This document shows positions 63,800 to 64,000 of a DNA stretch of 64,000 nt, one piece after another (position 1 is the first letter of the stretch; every line of letters starts with the position of its first letter). The position numbers and the translations under genes are program-made. Under the pieces are notes generated by a model that did not search any database, was not told the origin of the DNA, and worked only from the letters and a program-made list of their open reading frames with translations. This stretch comes from Escherichia phage vB_EcoM-LTH02, in sequence record PP430346. The stretch is one strand, 5' to 3'.

Positions 63800-64000
63800 A
63801 TGTTTAACAAAAGTAAAGCTGTGAGTCATGTAGCAAAGGTTGACAGCAAGATTGAAGAACTTGAGCGCATTCTTGCAAATGCCAGAGAGTCAATAATTAA
63901 AGAAGTTGAAGCTGTTGAATCTCAAATGCAGCACCTAATGCTTAAACGTCAAGAGTTACGTGAGCATCTGGAATATATTGAAACACGAGAGCTAAAAGTT
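63800..64000 (+). CDS. hypothetical coiled-coil protein, N-terminal fragment (continues past window)
   Basis: ATG at 63800 with SD GAGAGAGAA; open to the window end. Confidence 0.45.
   Translation, partial: MFNKSKAVSHVAKVDSKIEELERILANARESIIKEVEAVESQMQHLMLKRQELREHLEYIETRELKV

Overview
This window reads as part of a tailed dsDNA phage genome (sheath, tube and baseplate genes suggest a myovirus-like tail), about 38-40% GC by eye. All calls are by eye from the sequence and the ORF track; no database search or folding program was run. Layout: (1) 1-5450, plus-strand cassette of about 14 small early ORFs, each behind a near-identical leader (promoter TTGACA-17-TAAATT, a GC-rich hairpin, then a conserved ribosome-binding region CTTAAACTAGGAGATTCTAAAATG); (2) 5450-7160, a 1.7 kb non-coding region between convergent gene clusters with a helically phased array of TGTTA(A/G) iteron-like repeats and an AT-rich block; (3) 7162-14400, minus-strand accessory cluster including a T4-type endolysin and a protein with three tandem Ig-like domains; (4) 15070-16485, a vWA protein with a MIDAS motif, possibly Ro60/TROVE-like, directly upstream of (5) 16650-21590, an array of about 27 tRNA genes interspersed with structured non-tRNA elements; (6) 21800-45600, structural module (large terminase, portal, S49 prohead protease/scaffold, lambda-D-like decoration protein, lambda-E-like major capsid protein, sheath, tube, chaperone pair with a -1 frameshift site, tape measure, Mu/P2-like baseplate, two tail fibers with HxH repeats); (7) 45600-64000, nucleotide metabolism and replication module (ThyA, DHFR, ATP-dependent ligase, family A DNA polymerase, dNMP kinase, T7 gp4-like primase-helicase, SSB-like protein, 5'-3' exonuclease, GIY-YIG endonuclease) with two repeat-rich intergenic regions. 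Most interesting: one element in the tRNA array (17493-17624) has the circularly permuted tRNA-like architecture described for bacterial YrlA Y RNAs, and it lies about 1 kb downstream of the vWA gene, so a phage-encoded Ro60-like/Y-RNA-like pair is a testable hypothesis. Many ORF-track starts are GTG/TTG; where an in-frame ATG with a Shine-Dalgarno sequence exists downstream I used it.
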